Shown here: positions 35,683 to 45,978 of the stretch, one piece after another | How the letters are laid out: each line of letters begins with the position of its first letter | How positions within the stretch are numbered: position 1 is the stretch's first letter | Origin: an uncultured Gammaproteobacteria bacterium | GTDB lineage: Bacteria; Patescibacteriota; Microgenomatia; UBA8517; UBA10165 | Length of the DNA stretch: 47,670 nt | Direction: 5' to 3' | Assembly (NCBI GenBank): GCA_964366515.1 | Contig: CAYIUF010000004.1 | Location: 1 to 47,670, forward strand | Notes under the pieces: model-generated | What the model saw: the letters and a program-made list of their open reading frames with translations, nothing else | The model's database searches: none | What the model was told of the DNA's origin: nothing | Program-made: the position numbers and the translations under genes

Positions 35683-38091
35683 CAATTTAGCTTTGGCTTT
35701 AACCAATCTATTTTTGAAGAGGGTGTACAAAGTTAGTACAGCAAACAAAGCCCAAGAAACGAGTGAAATTAGGTCCCCTATTAGTCTTGTTGGAGTCCTG
35801 GTAAATATGGCCAAAACCTTGCTTTGTCCGCTTGCGAGTTTAATTCTCGGCCTGCCAAGCTCAGCATCGTCTTTTGGATTAACCTGTACCTCTTTATTGT
35901 TTACAAAATATTTCCACCCAGGAAAGTAGAATGTGTTAATTTGAAAAACTGACTCTTTGGAAGAATCCACTTGATATTCTTGCTTAACGCTATTTTTAGA
36001 GATTGTTTCGACATTGCCCGCCCCTTCTATAATTTCTGCATTTCCATTTGGAGGATTTGCTGGTGGAAACGGTGCCCATACAGGTAGATAATCAAAAATT
36101 CCAGCGGTTGTCTGCAACTTCCATAATTCCCCGGTCATCTTGTGTTCATCATTTACCCAAGGCCAGTAGCTTTTCCATTGAAAATAGTCTTTATAAAAAA
36201 CCAGGGTTAGTACTATGACTGCAGAAAAACATAGGAGCTTTATTTTATCTCCCAATCCTGAGGCCAATAAAACAATACTTCCACCAACAAATGCGGTTCC
36301 GAAGATTACAATTGACAGGGTTCTCCAGGGGAATTGCAAAAATTGTATTGGTGTAAAAATGGACCAAATAAACGAAGATCTTTCGTGGGCCAGGAATGCA
36401 TAAAACAAAGAAGCCAGGGTCGTTAGTAATATAATGAGTGAAATATGAGGCTTCTTTTTGGCAAGAGAAAATGAAGTAAAAAAGCTTAATGATGCTAAAA
36501 TCCAGTGAATGTGTCCTATTTGAAAACTCAAACCATCAACTGGACCATAGCGTGAATCCTCGTAACCCCAAAATCGGCTTATAAATAGTTGCTCTAGGTT
36601 TGCAAAATGTGCAAGATAATTAAAATAGCCAATAATTAAGGTTTCAACATGTGCGTATTTTTGCTCAAAAATTACAGGGAGTGTAAAGAAAGCTGCAAGA
36701 CCAAAAGTCCAAACTCCACTAATTATCAATTTTGGGATTGCTTTGAAGTTTTTGAACTTAAAAATCCAAAATAATGCCCAAGATAGGGCAATTGGCGCAA
36801 ACAGCATTAGCATTAGGTTGTGAGACAACATAATTAATGCTGAAAAAAGCGTTAGGGGAAATACATATTTCCATTCGTTTTTTTCAATCAGCCTATATAG
36901 CGCCCAAAACACTCCCGGGAAAAAAGCTATCGCCCACGCTTCGTTCATAGCTCCCCGGGCATAGATATCAACAGCGTGATATGGTGCATAAACAAAAAGA
37001 AGGCCGGATATTAACCCTCCCCATCTGCCCCAAAAACTTTGTGCTAAAAGGTACATTAAAAACCCTGAAACCACTAGGTTTAAGATGACCATAATTTTTA
37101 TCACGTTAATATATTGGAAGCCCAGGCTTCTAAAGATTTGTCCAGCGTAATACGGAAATGGCGGATAGTAGTTAAATATTGGGTAGCCATAGCCATAGCC
37201 CAGATCCGTTGACCACCTGCAAGGGATTTGTCCGTCTTTGAAACATTTGTCCATAACAAGTTGTCTTGCAAACTGTAAATCATCATGCATTGGGAAATAT
37301 CCTACTTTTGCCGTATTTGTCCAAGCCGGAATTGTCAGAAGAAACAAAAGCGCAAGTGGTGCCACATGCAGATTTAAATAACTTAATCTCAGGGCAATAA
37401 TGTCTCTTAACATCTTTATTGGTTCAAGCTTTGCAAGCCGTGCAGACTCAACATAATTCCAAACTACAGGAACGCTTGCGATTTTATATCCTCTTCTTCT
37501 TGCCAAAAATAGGATTTCAACATCAAAGGCTCCTTTATAGCCATCCTTTGCCGTATGTAGAGTAGTTTTTAAATTAGTAAAAAGTTCTTTTGCAACTTTG
37601 TTTCTAAAAGCTTTAAATCCACATTGGGTATCTTTAATTCCCGGCAAAACGATTGCTTGGCTTAGTAAATTAAAAGTTTTGCTCCTTAAGTTTTGGAAAA
37701 AAGACCATCCCGTTTTTTTTATCCTTTCTCCAATCACAACATCAGCGCCGTTTTCAAACTCGGCTAAAAATTTAGTTGCCTCTGAAATTGGTGTTGATTG
37801 GTCAAAATCGGTAAATAACACTATTTCTCCAACTGATTCCATAACACCAGCCGTTACTGCAACAACTTTTCCGCCATGAGGAATATCCAAAACTTTAAAA
37901 CCAGGATTTTTTTTCGCAAAATTATCAAGAAGAGTTAAGGTTTCGTCTGTTGATCCGTCGTTTACCAATATCGCTTCCCAGCCATACTTTTGAGACTTTA
38001 AAAACTTTGCAACGCTGTCCAAGGCTCCAAGTCTAAAATTTCTAGATTCGTTATATACGGGGATTACAATTGATAATTTAATCTTTTTCAT
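35680..38091 (-). CDS. Fusion: N-terminal polyprenyl-phosphate glycosyltransferase (GT2) + C-terminal PTPS-related/YfhO-like GT-C domain
   Basis: aa 1-240 carry VNDGSTD, DFD, DTQCGFK and FDVE; aa 245-803 are paralogous to 32696-34330 (QIPCRW, GYGYPIFNYY, QFPWR, YFPGW). Confidence 0.85.
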   Translation of the reverse strand: MKKIKLSIVIPVYNESRNFRLGALDSVAKFLKSQKYGWEAILVNDGSTDETLTLLDNFAKKNPGFKVLDIPHGGKVVAVTAGVMESVGEIVLFTDFDQSTPISEATKFLAEFENGADVVIGERIKKTGWSFFQNLRSKTFNLLSQAIVLPGIKDTQCGFKAFRNKVAKELFTNLKTTLHTAKDGYKGAFDVEILFLARRRGYKIASVPVVWNYVESARLAKLEPIKMLRDIIALRLSYLNLHVAPLALLFLLTIPAWTNTAKVGYFPMHDDLQFARQLVMDKCFKDGQIPCRWSTDLGYGYGYPIFNYYPPFPYYAGQIFRSLGFQYINVIKIMVILNLVVSGFLMYLLAQSFWGRWGGLISGLLFVYAPYHAVDIYARGAMNEAWAIAFFPGVFWALYRLIEKNEWKYVFPLTLFSALIMLSHNLMLMLFAPIALSWALFWIFKFKNFKAIPKLIISGVWTFGLAAFFTLPVIFEQKYAHVETLIIGYFNYLAHFANLEQLFISRFWGYEDSRYGPVDGLSFQIGHIHWILASLSFFTSFSLAKKKPHISLIILLTTLASLFYAFLAHERSSFIWSIFTPIQFLQFPWRTLSIVIFGTAFVGGSIVLLASGLGDKIKLLCFSAVIVLTLVFYKDYFQWKSYWPWVNDEHKMTGELWKLQTTAGIFDYLPVWAPFPPANPPNGNAEIIEGAGNVETISKNSVKQEYQVDSSKESVFQINTFYFPGWKYFVNNKEVQVNPKDDAELGRPRIKLASGQSKVLAIFTRTPTRLIGDLISLVSWALFAVLTLYTLFKNRLVKAKAKL

Positions 38092-39716
38092 TTTCCGGCA
38101 ACAAAAATGACGGCTCTGCCGTCAACCGATTTCACTTCCTTTACAATTTTAGCATTTTGAGGAATGTCGCGGACACCCCCAACTAACAGGATGGGCTTCT
38201 CTAAATTTTCTGTTTCGTGTGTATTTCCAAATACATACTTTCCAAGACGGTATTTCCCTAGTTGATCAACGAAAGACATCCCTGCCGCTTCATATCTCAA
38301 CCAATCTTTGGTTTCTTTTTGGTAATTGGCTGGATCCCATTTGTTATAAAAAGCCACATATATTTGGGGTTCTGAGAGCGAGCGGTTTATTACAATTGTT
38401 TTGTATTGATCTTCTATTGATGCTACATATTCAACAGCCTCTTTTCTGCCGTACAGCATGCTGTCTGCCGCATGTTTTGGAGCATGATAAATATAATCCT
38501 CTGCGAATGAACCAATTAAAAATAGCGATGCCGCCACATACCCATACAACCACCATTTCTTTTTACCCCTCCACAATTTGGTTGTGTTCCACAATATGAG
38601 TGCACCATAAGCAGACAATATCTGTATTGCTGGCATCATTACTGCTGAACGATTTCCTGCAAAACCCGGACCTTTGGTTAGGGCAGCGGGGATTGGGGCA
38701 AGAAGAATCCACAAAAGAATAAATGAGAGTGGTTTTTCCCGCCTTTTGAGGTATGACCACAATGCAACCAGCACAAACGGGATTTCTGCAAGATAAAGTA
38801 CTCCGCGACCTGGGATCATACCATATGTCCATTCACCGACCCCTTGGAAAAATAGAAATTCAGGAGATAAATACTGAACATAGTTTGTCGCAAAAAGTTT
38901 TGTTGTATAGATAAATTTATTCGAAAAGATTCTGGAGAGTGTGTCTGGAAGCCCCCCGAGCACTGCTTCGTAGCGTCTGTCTGCAACGGCTGACCACTTG
39001 TCAGTTGGGTTGAAAATTGCGATATCAGCTCCCCTACTACCTGCTCCCGCGAACGTGGTCCACAACGCCACCACAAAAAATAGTGAGAATACCAAAACCG
39101 GTAGTTTATATTTCCTTAAACTAAGTTCTCCTTTTGTAAACCATAGAAGCCCCCCAATTATTAGTGGTGTGACGAGACGCGCTGAATGGTAGGTGTATAT
39201 GTTTAGGCCAAAGCACAATGCTGATACCAGCATCCAGCGTGGTTTCTCTATTCCTTTTAAAAATGCCCATGCACCAAACGGAAGAAAGAAAGTGGTTAGA
39301 TTTGCTTCGAAAGCTCCACGCGACAATGTTATATGCCACGGCGATGCAGTGAGAAGCACGGCACTTATGAGTGCTAGCTTTTTGTTTTTAAAAAGCTCGC
39401 TCGCCAGTAGATATGTAGCAATCACGGCAAGCGTGCCCACCACCGCATTAGGGAGCCGTGTTGCGAATTCGTTTAACCCTAAAACTGCCACTGAAGGAAC
39501 GGTTAAATACGCATACAAAGGTAGTTTGAAATCCCCGAAAGACCTGAGAGTAAGCGGGAAGGTTTGTCCCCATTGGTCTTTTCCAGTTTTTAGGATTGAA
39601 TATGCGTCATAACCCCAGGAGGCCTCATCAGGTGTGAAGCCTACAGGATAGCTGGCGATTCCAACCACTCTTAACAAAAACGCACAAGCCACAACGACAA
39701 CAAGCCAAATACGCAT
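38088..39716 (-). CDS. GT-C ArnT/PMT-like glycosyltransferase
   Basis: FTPDEASWGYDAYSILKTGKD, SFGDFK and YTYHSAR motifs. Confidence 0.85.
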   Translation of the reverse strand: MRIWLVVVVACAFLLRVVGIASYPVGFTPDEASWGYDAYSILKTGKDQWGQTFPLTLRSFGDFKLPLYAYLTVPSVAVLGLNEFATRLPNAVVGTLAVIATYLLASELFKNKKLALISAVLLTASPWHITLSRGAFEANLTTFFLPFGAWAFLKGIEKPRWMLVSALCFGLNIYTYHSARLVTPLIIGGLLWFTKGELSLRKYKLPVLVFSLFFVVALWTTFAGAGSRGADIAIFNPTDKWSAVADRRYEAVLGGLPDTLSRIFSNKFIYTTKLFATNYVQYLSPEFLFFQGVGEWTYGMIPGRGVLYLAEIPFVLVALWSYLKRREKPLSFILLWILLAPIPAALTKGPGFAGNRSAVMMPAIQILSAYGALILWNTTKLWRGKKKWWLYGYVAASLFLIGSFAEDYIYHAPKHAADSMLYGRKEAVEYVASIEDQYKTIVINRSLSEPQIYVAFYNKWDPANYQKETKDWLRYEAAGMSFVDQLGKYRLGKYVFGNTHETENLEKPILLVGGVRDIPQNAKIVKEVKSVDGRAVIFVAGK

Positions 39717-39730
39717 GCTTTATTGTAGCA
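39717..39730 (-). promoter_or_regulatory. Internal extended -10 (putative leaderless promoter)
   Basis: TG-c-TACAAT 5 nt before ATG 39716. Confidence 0.5.
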
Positions 39731-39751
39731 ACTTTTCGCTGTCCGCATGTG

Positions 39752-41236
39752 TTAATTCTCAAACAGGAAGAATCTGGAAGTCGAGTCAGGCTCGTAGATG
39801 GTGTCGATTTTTTTGAAATCACCAATTTTGTCTTTTTGCCCATCAACGTTATTGAATTGGACGATAAAAAGAGAATTTGGAAGAAACGTTTGTGATTCAA
39901 GATTGTATGGATCAAACAACTCAACTCTTGGGTCTAATTCTTGCCTTTTGTGTTTTATTGTATTGAAGCGCCAGTAACGGTCTATAAAATCTACTCGAGA
40001 GTCGAGATATATTTTTTCTTTTCCTTCTCCATGCAATATTCCCGATTCCATTGCCCCTCCTATGTTGTAGTTAAACCATTGGTACGAGCGGAAACGATAC
40101 CCTTTCATATAGTTGTACCAAAAGGCTGAGAATTGAAGGGGGACTAATAATAGTATTATTGCAGTTATTGTTTTATTTTTTGTCCAAAGCCACTTAACAC
40201 CAACAGTGGCCAGTAATATAGCAAACGGGAGCATAATTAGTGCCCTTGATATCCTAAAGTGGTCACCTGCAATTGTTGCAGCAAGAGGAGAGGTAAAAAA
40301 TCCAAAAATTAAAAGTTTTGAAAACTTGTCTTTGGCCTTCCATGCAAGAAGAATGCCTATCGACAGAAATACAAAGATTGGCAACAAGAACACGCCTGCT
40401 CGTTGGGTTGAATGAATTAGGCTTTCGTCGCCTCTTAGGAATAAAAAAATTGGGTTAAAGAAATTGATATACACACTCAGGCGGTGGGGGATGTCTGGAC
40501 TTTGAATACCCACATACTTTATTTGGTCACCAAAGAGGGTCTCGGGAAACTTGATAAACCACGACAACAAAGGTAGTAAAGGTAGAAAAAAGTAGAGAAG
40601 AGTAGAAAAAAGTACTTTGGGCTTCTTGAAAATATCACTCCACACCATAGTGAGTGTGGTCACAAAATAAAAGGGCATCATGACTCTTGATGCATGGTAT
40701 GTGTACATACCAACTCCTAAAAGAAAAACTCCCAACAGCAATGTCTTTGTTTTTTTACTTTCAAGATATTTATATAAACACAAAAGCCATCCAAGAACAA
40801 AAGGCACGGGGTATAGATTATCCAAAAGTATTCTTGAATGAATAAACTGCACAGGGGTAAGAGCAAGCAATGCCGCGCATATAAAAGCCCACCTTTCACT
40901 CTTAAATAAACGCTTTGCTAGAAACCAAATAAGTATTACATTTGCCGTTCCAATTAAAACGCTGGGTATTCGAATTACGGCTTCTGATAATGGCAGAAAA
41001 ACCAAAACAATTGCGGTCAAATAGGTCATTATTGGAGTTGCCCACATGACGCCTAAGTGCCAAAAATATACCGGCATTCTGGTCCCGTTGTCGTCGAGCC
41101 CTGTTTTGGCAATTGAATATGCGTTAAGTGAAAACCCTAGCTCATCTTGGTTTAAGTGCACAGGTACCCGTGAGAGAAATGTGCCGTATAAAACTATCGA
41201 GGTGATAATTAGAATCCACAAACCGAACTTGTTCAT
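39752..41236 (-). CDS. GT-C ArnT/PMT-like glycosyltransferase
   Basis: LNQDELGFSLNAYSIAKTGLD, HSR and YTYHASR motifs. Confidence 0.83.
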   Translation of the reverse strand: MNKFGLWILIITSIVLYGTFLSRVPVHLNQDELGFSLNAYSIAKTGLDDNGTRMPVYFWHLGVMWATPIMTYLTAIVLVFLPLSEAVIRIPSVLIGTANVILIWFLAKRLFKSERWAFICAALLALTPVQFIHSRILLDNLYPVPFVLGWLLCLYKYLESKKTKTLLLGVFLLGVGMYTYHASRVMMPFYFVTTLTMVWSDIFKKPKVLFSTLLYFFLPLLPLLSWFIKFPETLFGDQIKYVGIQSPDIPHRLSVYINFFNPIFLFLRGDESLIHSTQRAGVFLLPIFVFLSIGILLAWKAKDKFSKLLIFGFFTSPLAATIAGDHFRISRALIMLPFAILLATVGVKWLWTKNKTITAIILLLVPLQFSAFWYNYMKGYRFRSYQWFNYNIGGAMESGILHGEGKEKIYLDSRVDFIDRYWRFNTIKHKRQELDPRVELFDPYNLESQTFLPNSLFIVQFNNVDGQKDKIGDFKKIDTIYEPDSTSRFFLFEN

Positions 41237-41239
41237 TTT

Positions 41240-42496
41240 TTACCTTTTGAAGTTTGACAGGAAGTGTCTGTAAAAGACAACAAACGCCCCGAGGTTTATA
41301 AGGCCTAATATTCTTGGAGCCAGCCTGTTTGCTCTCGACATAACATCTACTATTGGCTGAAACTTAGGGAACCACCAAAAGTTGTACATCCCCAGAAGGG
41401 TAATAATTGATACAACCACATATAAGGGCAATAGATAAAAGTTGGCCATGACGATTATTGTTAAGTAAGGGAAAAGTGGATAGATATACCGTTCATGCAT
41501 GTTTGTTGCAAGCATGAAGGATGAGAAGGAAACGATTGCCAAGGCCCAGACAAGTGTGTTTGTTGTTTGCTTTTTGAACACTAAGTATAAAGCCGGCAGA
41601 TAAGACAAACCAAACAGAAGGTTCCCCCACAATCGGTACGGGATAGGTCCTAACAGAGTGGTATCTGGTCGTTCATGGATTCCTGCAACCACAGCCCATA
41701 AATTAAAGGCATTTGCTGTTATGACATGAAGCTGTTGACCCAAGACTTTGTCTTTGTAAATTTCGTAAAGCCAGATGAATGGGTTCTTACCGTTTGCGAA
41801 GGGAAGGCTTGGGAGGATAAGGACTGCAATTACACATGTTGCCCCAAACAACCACCTGGCCATATTATGCTTTTGTTTTAGGGCAAACATTAAGATAATC
41901 GGAACAAAAATAACAAGTGAGATTTTTATATACAAACATAGTGCGAGAACCACAAGACTCTCCACAAGTTTTCTTTTGGTTATTAGCCAACCACTAAGTA
42001 ATGCAAAGAAACTGATAATGCTATCTGTTTGGCCCCAGATTGTGGAGTTGTACCAAACTACTGGATTTGCAAGAAAAAAAAGCGCTCCGGAAGTTGCAAT
42101 TTTTTCGCTTTTCTCTTTCAGAATCCTGTATATGAGATATGCAATGCCTAAATCTGAAAGTATTGAAGGAAGTTTGAGCAAAGCGGGATATAGGTTGGTT
42201 TCGAAATACAGCATTACGTTTGAGGGAAATGCTGGGATTTTTACATTGAGAAACCAAAAGAAAGCAAAGACTCCTTCAAAGAGTTTGCGGACAATAGCAA
42301 ACATATATATGGTACCCGGGGGTTGGTTGGGCCACGTAAAACTCCAAACGTTTGCCTTGTAAAACTTTTCAGGCCCGTATTCCCAAAATCTAATTCCCCA
42401 ATCGATGTGGTTATTCACATCTGGGTGCCAGTGTACAAATGAAAATACTAGACGAAGAACAAAGGCTATTAAGAGTATTTTTATTATTGGCTTCAC
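41240..42496 (-). CDS. GT-C membrane glycosyltransferase (GT87/ALG6-like)
   Basis: HPD, NQPP, LLKLP...D, WGQTDS, NAFNLW and MHERY motifs; GTG start in a GTGA overlap. Confidence 0.75.
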   Translation of the reverse strand: MKPIIKILLIAFVLRLVFSFVHWHPDVNNHIDWGIRFWEYGPEKFYKANVWSFTWPNQPPGTIYMFAIVRKLFEGVFAFFWFLNVKIPAFPSNVMLYFETNLYPALLKLPSILSDLGIAYLIYRILKEKSEKIATSGALFFLANPVVWYNSTIWGQTDSIISFFALLSGWLITKRKLVESLVVLALCLYIKISLVIFVPIILMFALKQKHNMARWLFGATCVIAVLILPSLPFANGKNPFIWLYEIYKDKVLGQQLHVITANAFNLWAVVAGIHERPDTTLLGPIPYRLWGNLLFGLSYLPALYLVFKKQTTNTLVWALAIVSFSSFMLATNMHERYIYPLFPYLTIIVMANFYLLPLYVVVSIITLLGMYNFWWFPKFQPIVDVMSRANRLAPRILGLINLGAFVVFYRHFLSNFKR

Positions 42497-44286
42497 TTTT
42501 GGGTTGTATTTGTTGACTTTGTTAAAAGGTAATAAGCCGGCTCGCCGGAAGGGAAAGGAGAAGATTTTATAAGTTTAAGATTTCCAGGCAGCCTTTCTGG
42601 TTCTTGAATTAAGTTCACGCTTACGTCTTTTGCAGTTGCTATATAGAGCGTGTTGTCTGGAAGCACTCCAGCAAGGCTATACAGGTCTGTATTTGCTGAC
42701 CCGAAGTAGTACTTATCTAATTTCGATATCTTTCCAAATCCAGGAATTGTTTCTGACGGCAGCCATTTTCCCCCATCCCTTTCAATATAGTTTTGCTGGA
42801 ATACTTTTGGATCGAATTGTGACCAGCCTAATAAAAAGATGTATGCTGGCTCTCCGTTCATTGAGATTATAACTTTATCGTATTTAGGACTTTCAGCAGC
42901 GGCGGTTTTTATTGCGTCTTCAAATCCAGCATGCCACCAGCGTTCTGAATCCCAAGGATGATGAACCCAATAAAGGTGTTGGTAAAAGACGAAACTTGCA
43001 AGTAGGGTGAATGCGTATCCAATGCCGAATAGTTTACGATTGGCGTTTGATAACGATTGGTATATTCCCCATACGCCATATGAGATTAAAAACACCAATG
43101 GCGGGAGAAGAAAGAAAAGTCGAGTTGCATGGTTGCCTCCGTCTCGTGTGAGAGCTGATGGAAGTGGTGCAAGCAGAACCCACAGAATAATAAAGGCTTT
43201 GATTTTTTTGTCTAACTTTGAAAATAGGAAGAAAGCAAGGCCCGCAATTAAGAACAAAAACTCAAGCCTATAAAATTGTCCAATACCCTGGGGCGAATGG
43301 CGTGGGTTTGGATCACCTTCCAGAAAGAGAAAGTTTGTTGAAAAAGCTTCTAGATAGTTTTTGAAAACAAAAGATCCAGTCCAGGTAAACTTGTTGTGTA
43401 TTGCGCGTTCAATAATTGTTGGCTGCAGGCCGACTTCGTTCGTTTCAGTTCTCATCCTTCCATCATGGAGCCTTGAAAAGCCAATTTCGGGAATCATTGT
43501 TGGATCTGAAAACACAGATATGTAATTGAAGCGTGTTGCGCCCCCCCCAAAAATCGTTGTGTACAACATTGGTGAGACGACAATTACAAATGCTGCAACT
43601 CCCTGGACTAAATACTTTTTTGAAATACCAAGGATGTCTTTTCTCCAAATAATAAAAAGAGAGATTACAGTAAGTGGGAGGAACAGTTTTGCCGTGCTGT
43701 AGCTCCATGGTGTTAGTGCTAAACACACTCCCGATAGCCACAGAAATTTGCCATCCTTTAGCCCGCGAAGAAAGAAGTAAATTCCGCTTAAGTAAAGTGC
43801 GAGCATTTGGGTTACTTCAAAACCCGCACGCGAGTATTGAATATGCCAAGGCGACACCGCAATAAGGAGGGCAGACAAAAGTGCTAACTTCTTATTGCCT
43901 GTTATTTGACCAACGAGTAGGTAGAACAGCCATACGCTCAAGATTCCAAAAATAGCAGCAGGGAGGCGAACACCCCAGGGTGATATTCCAAACATGGCCA
44001 CAGTGGGGACTGCGCTGTAGAGATATAAGGGTGTTCTCCACTCTGCCAAAGACTGAAAATGCAGGGGCATGAAGTTGCCTGAGTAGTCTTTTCCGGTTTT
44101 TAATATTGAATATGCATGATATCCGACGTCTAGTTCATCGCCGAATAAAGAAACGGGGACTGAGTCCAAGCGCCACAGTCGCAGGAATGCAGCTAATATA
44201 ATTACTGCCACCAATAATATTTTTGTGTTTGATAGAGATTGCTTCGTCACTTCGTTCCTCGCAATGACATTCGGATAAATTGCCAT
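42493..44286 (-). CDS. GT-C ArnT/PMT-like glycosyltransferase
   Basis: LFGDELDVGYHAYSILKTGKD and SPWHIQYSR motifs; exact start uncertain. Confidence 0.85.
   Translation of the reverse strand: MAIYPNVIARNEVTKQSLSNTKILLVAVIILAAFLRLWRLDSVPVSLFGDELDVGYHAYSILKTGKDYSGNFMPLHFQSLAEWRTPLYLYSAVPTVAMFGISPWGVRLPAAIFGILSVWLFYLLVGQITGNKKLALLSALLIAVSPWHIQYSRAGFEVTQMLALYLSGIYFFLRGLKDGKFLWLSGVCLALTPWSYSTAKLFLPLTVISLFIIWRKDILGISKKYLVQGVAAFVIVVSPMLYTTIFGGGATRFNYISVFSDPTMIPEIGFSRLHDGRMRTETNEVGLQPTIIERAIHNKFTWTGSFVFKNYLEAFSTNFLFLEGDPNPRHSPQGIGQFYRLEFLFLIAGLAFFLFSKLDKKIKAFIILWVLLAPLPSALTRDGGNHATRLFFLLPPLVFLISYGVWGIYQSLSNANRKLFGIGYAFTLLASFVFYQHLYWVHHPWDSERWWHAGFEDAIKTAAAESPKYDKVIISMNGEPAYIFLLGWSQFDPKVFQQNYIERDGGKWLPSETIPGFGKISKLDKYYFGSANTDLYSLAGVLPDNTLYIATAKDVSVNLIQEPERLPGNLKLIKSSPFPSGEPAYYLLTKSTNTTQK
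44235..44268. repeat. REP/RPE-like palindromic element
   Basis: gagattgcttcgtcacttcgttcctcgcaatgac with ATTGC...GCAAT arms; reads VIARNEVTKQS on the minus strand. Confidence 0.65.
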
Positions 44287-45089
44287 TTTTGACCAGACCA
44301 AAGCACAAAGTTAATAAGATAGTGCATTAATGTTCCGTGGTAGATTTTACTTGATGGGATAAGGCGTCTCCATTGGTTTTCCACATCCGTAATGTCTTTA
44401 CCACTAATTCCATGGTAGTGTATTACTTCGGCATCTGGAAGATAGTAAATTTTATGACCTGCTTCTCTTATTCTTCTTGCATAGTCTAAGTCTTCAAAGT
44501 AGATAAAGAACTTCTCGTTTATTAGTCCTACTTCTTTTAAAGCACGAGGAGTTAATAAGTAGGCTGCCATAACGACTGATTCTACAGGGCCAGATTTCGG
44601 AGTGTATTTTGAAAATATTTCTTTCTCTCCAAACCAGTACTCACGAATTGCGTTCCACAAAGTTGGAAGTTTGAATGCCGAGGGTTGTGTTGAACCGTCG
44701 GGATTTAAGAGTCTGGGTGCAACAACTGCTGCCTCGGGTGCAGATTTTGCAAAATCTAAAAGCTTTTGAATACTACCCGGTTTTACGACCGTATCCGGAT
44801 TAAGCATTAATACGTATTCGCCTTTTGCCGTTATTATTCCTTGGTTATATCCTTTGGAAAAACCTAAGTTTTCATTATTTTGGATTGTGTGAATTCGAGA
44901 ATTTTTAGGAAAACTGAAACTGTCGTCTATTGAAGCGTTGTCTATTAGAATAAGTTCTGAATTTGGCCATGTAAGATTTTTTGTTGTCGCAAGAATTGAT
45001 TGGACACATTTTTTGAAAATGTCACCGGTATTGTAGTTGAGGACTACAATTGATATTTCAGGATTTGGTTTGGTTGAAGATTTCTTCAT
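44247..45089 (-). CDS. GT2 glycosyltransferase (WbbL/rhamnosyltransferase-like)
   Basis: NYN, DNAS, NLGFSKGYNQG, LNPD and FIYFEDLD motifs. Confidence 0.87.
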   Translation of the reverse strand: MKKSSTKPNPEISIVVLNYNTGDIFKKCVQSILATTKNLTWPNSELILIDNASIDDSFSFPKNSRIHTIQNNENLGFSKGYNQGIITAKGEYVLMLNPDTVVKPGSIQKLLDFAKSAPEAAVVAPRLLNPDGSTQPSAFKLPTLWNAIREYWFGEKEIFSKYTPKSGPVESVVMAAYLLTPRALKEVGLINEKFFIYFEDLDYARRIREAGHKIYYLPDAEVIHYHGISGKDITDVENQWRRLIPSSKIYHGTLMHYLINFVLWSGQKWQFIRMSLRGTK

Positions 45090-45978
45090 TTGACACTTTA
45101 GACTCCTTTCGTTCCTTTATGCGTCGAACAATTAGGTGAGGCAGTTTAATAAGCGCAAGTGCAATCGGAACAATATATCCTGGCTTTCTGAGTCTCCATA
45201 TTAACCCCGGAACATGTTTTGTTAGGAGCCATGTTAAGTCTAGATTCTTCCAATGGAATAAGAGCTGGTTTCTTTCTTTTATGTAATCCATATATCTTTT
45301 TGAAAAGTGTTTTGTGTTTATTGTTGACTCGTGTTTGTGCTCAACCACGGCTTTGGGTTCCCAAATAAGTTTCAAGCCATGCTTTTGTGCTCTAAATGAA
45401 AGATCAAGATCTTCCCAATAAAATGGGTTGAACATTGTGTCCATCCCGCCAAGTTTATTCCACATCGTTCGTCTAAACGCGCCTGATCCTCCGCTAATCC
45501 AGAATGTGTTGTGTGCCTCATTTGAATGAGGCCCTGGGCCGTGGCCGACGAAACCACCTGCTACTTTTGAAACTGCGTATGAGTAGTCAACTTCGGACAA
45601 CGAAACACCAAACACTTTTGGGTCTGAAAAGTGCTTTAGCGTGGGTTCAATAATGTTTTTGACTGGAATCACATCGGTATTCAACAAGAACACAACCTCG
45701 CTATTCGTCGCCGCAACACCATCGTTCACGGTTGATGCGAAACCTTTATTTTTTTTGTGAACCACGATGTTGACTTTTGGAAAGTTGTTTTTTAAGAAGT
45801 CTACGCTGCCATCGGTTGAGGCATCGTCAACAATAATTACCTCATCAAACCCTACTTTTAAAACTGCGGGTAAGTTTTCTTCAAGAAGTTTTCTTCCCTG
45901 CCAATTTGGTATAACTACTGCGGTTTTCATACGATTAGTTGAAGAGTTTTGCATAAAACTTTTCAGATATCTACTCAT
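45058..45978 (-). CDS. GT2 glycosyltransferase
   Basis: VIPNW, DDASTD, NKGF, LNTD and YWEDLD motifs; start 45978 (ATGA-coupled) or 45930. Confidence 0.87.
   Translation of the reverse strand: MSRYLKSFMQNSSTNRMKTAVVIPNWQGRKLLEENLPAVLKVGFDEVIIVDDASTDGSVDFLKNNFPKVNIVVHKKNKGFASTVNDGVAATNSEVVFLLNTDVIPVKNIIEPTLKHFSDPKVFGVSLSEVDYSYAVSKVAGGFVGHGPGPHSNEAHNTFWISGGSGAFRRTMWNKLGGMDTMFNPFYWEDLDLSFRAQKHGLKLIWEPKAVVEHKHESTINTKHFSKRYMDYIKERNQLLFHWKNLDLTWLLTKHVPGLIWRLRKPGYIVPIALALIKLPHLIVRRIKERKESKVSNEEIFNQTKS

Noticed and set aside
43541-43548. C8 homopolymer (G8 on the coding strand) and several A/T8-9 runs as phase-variable tracts
   Set aside because: Short, in frame (encodes FGGG), and such runs are expected by chance; no evidence of variation from a single sequence
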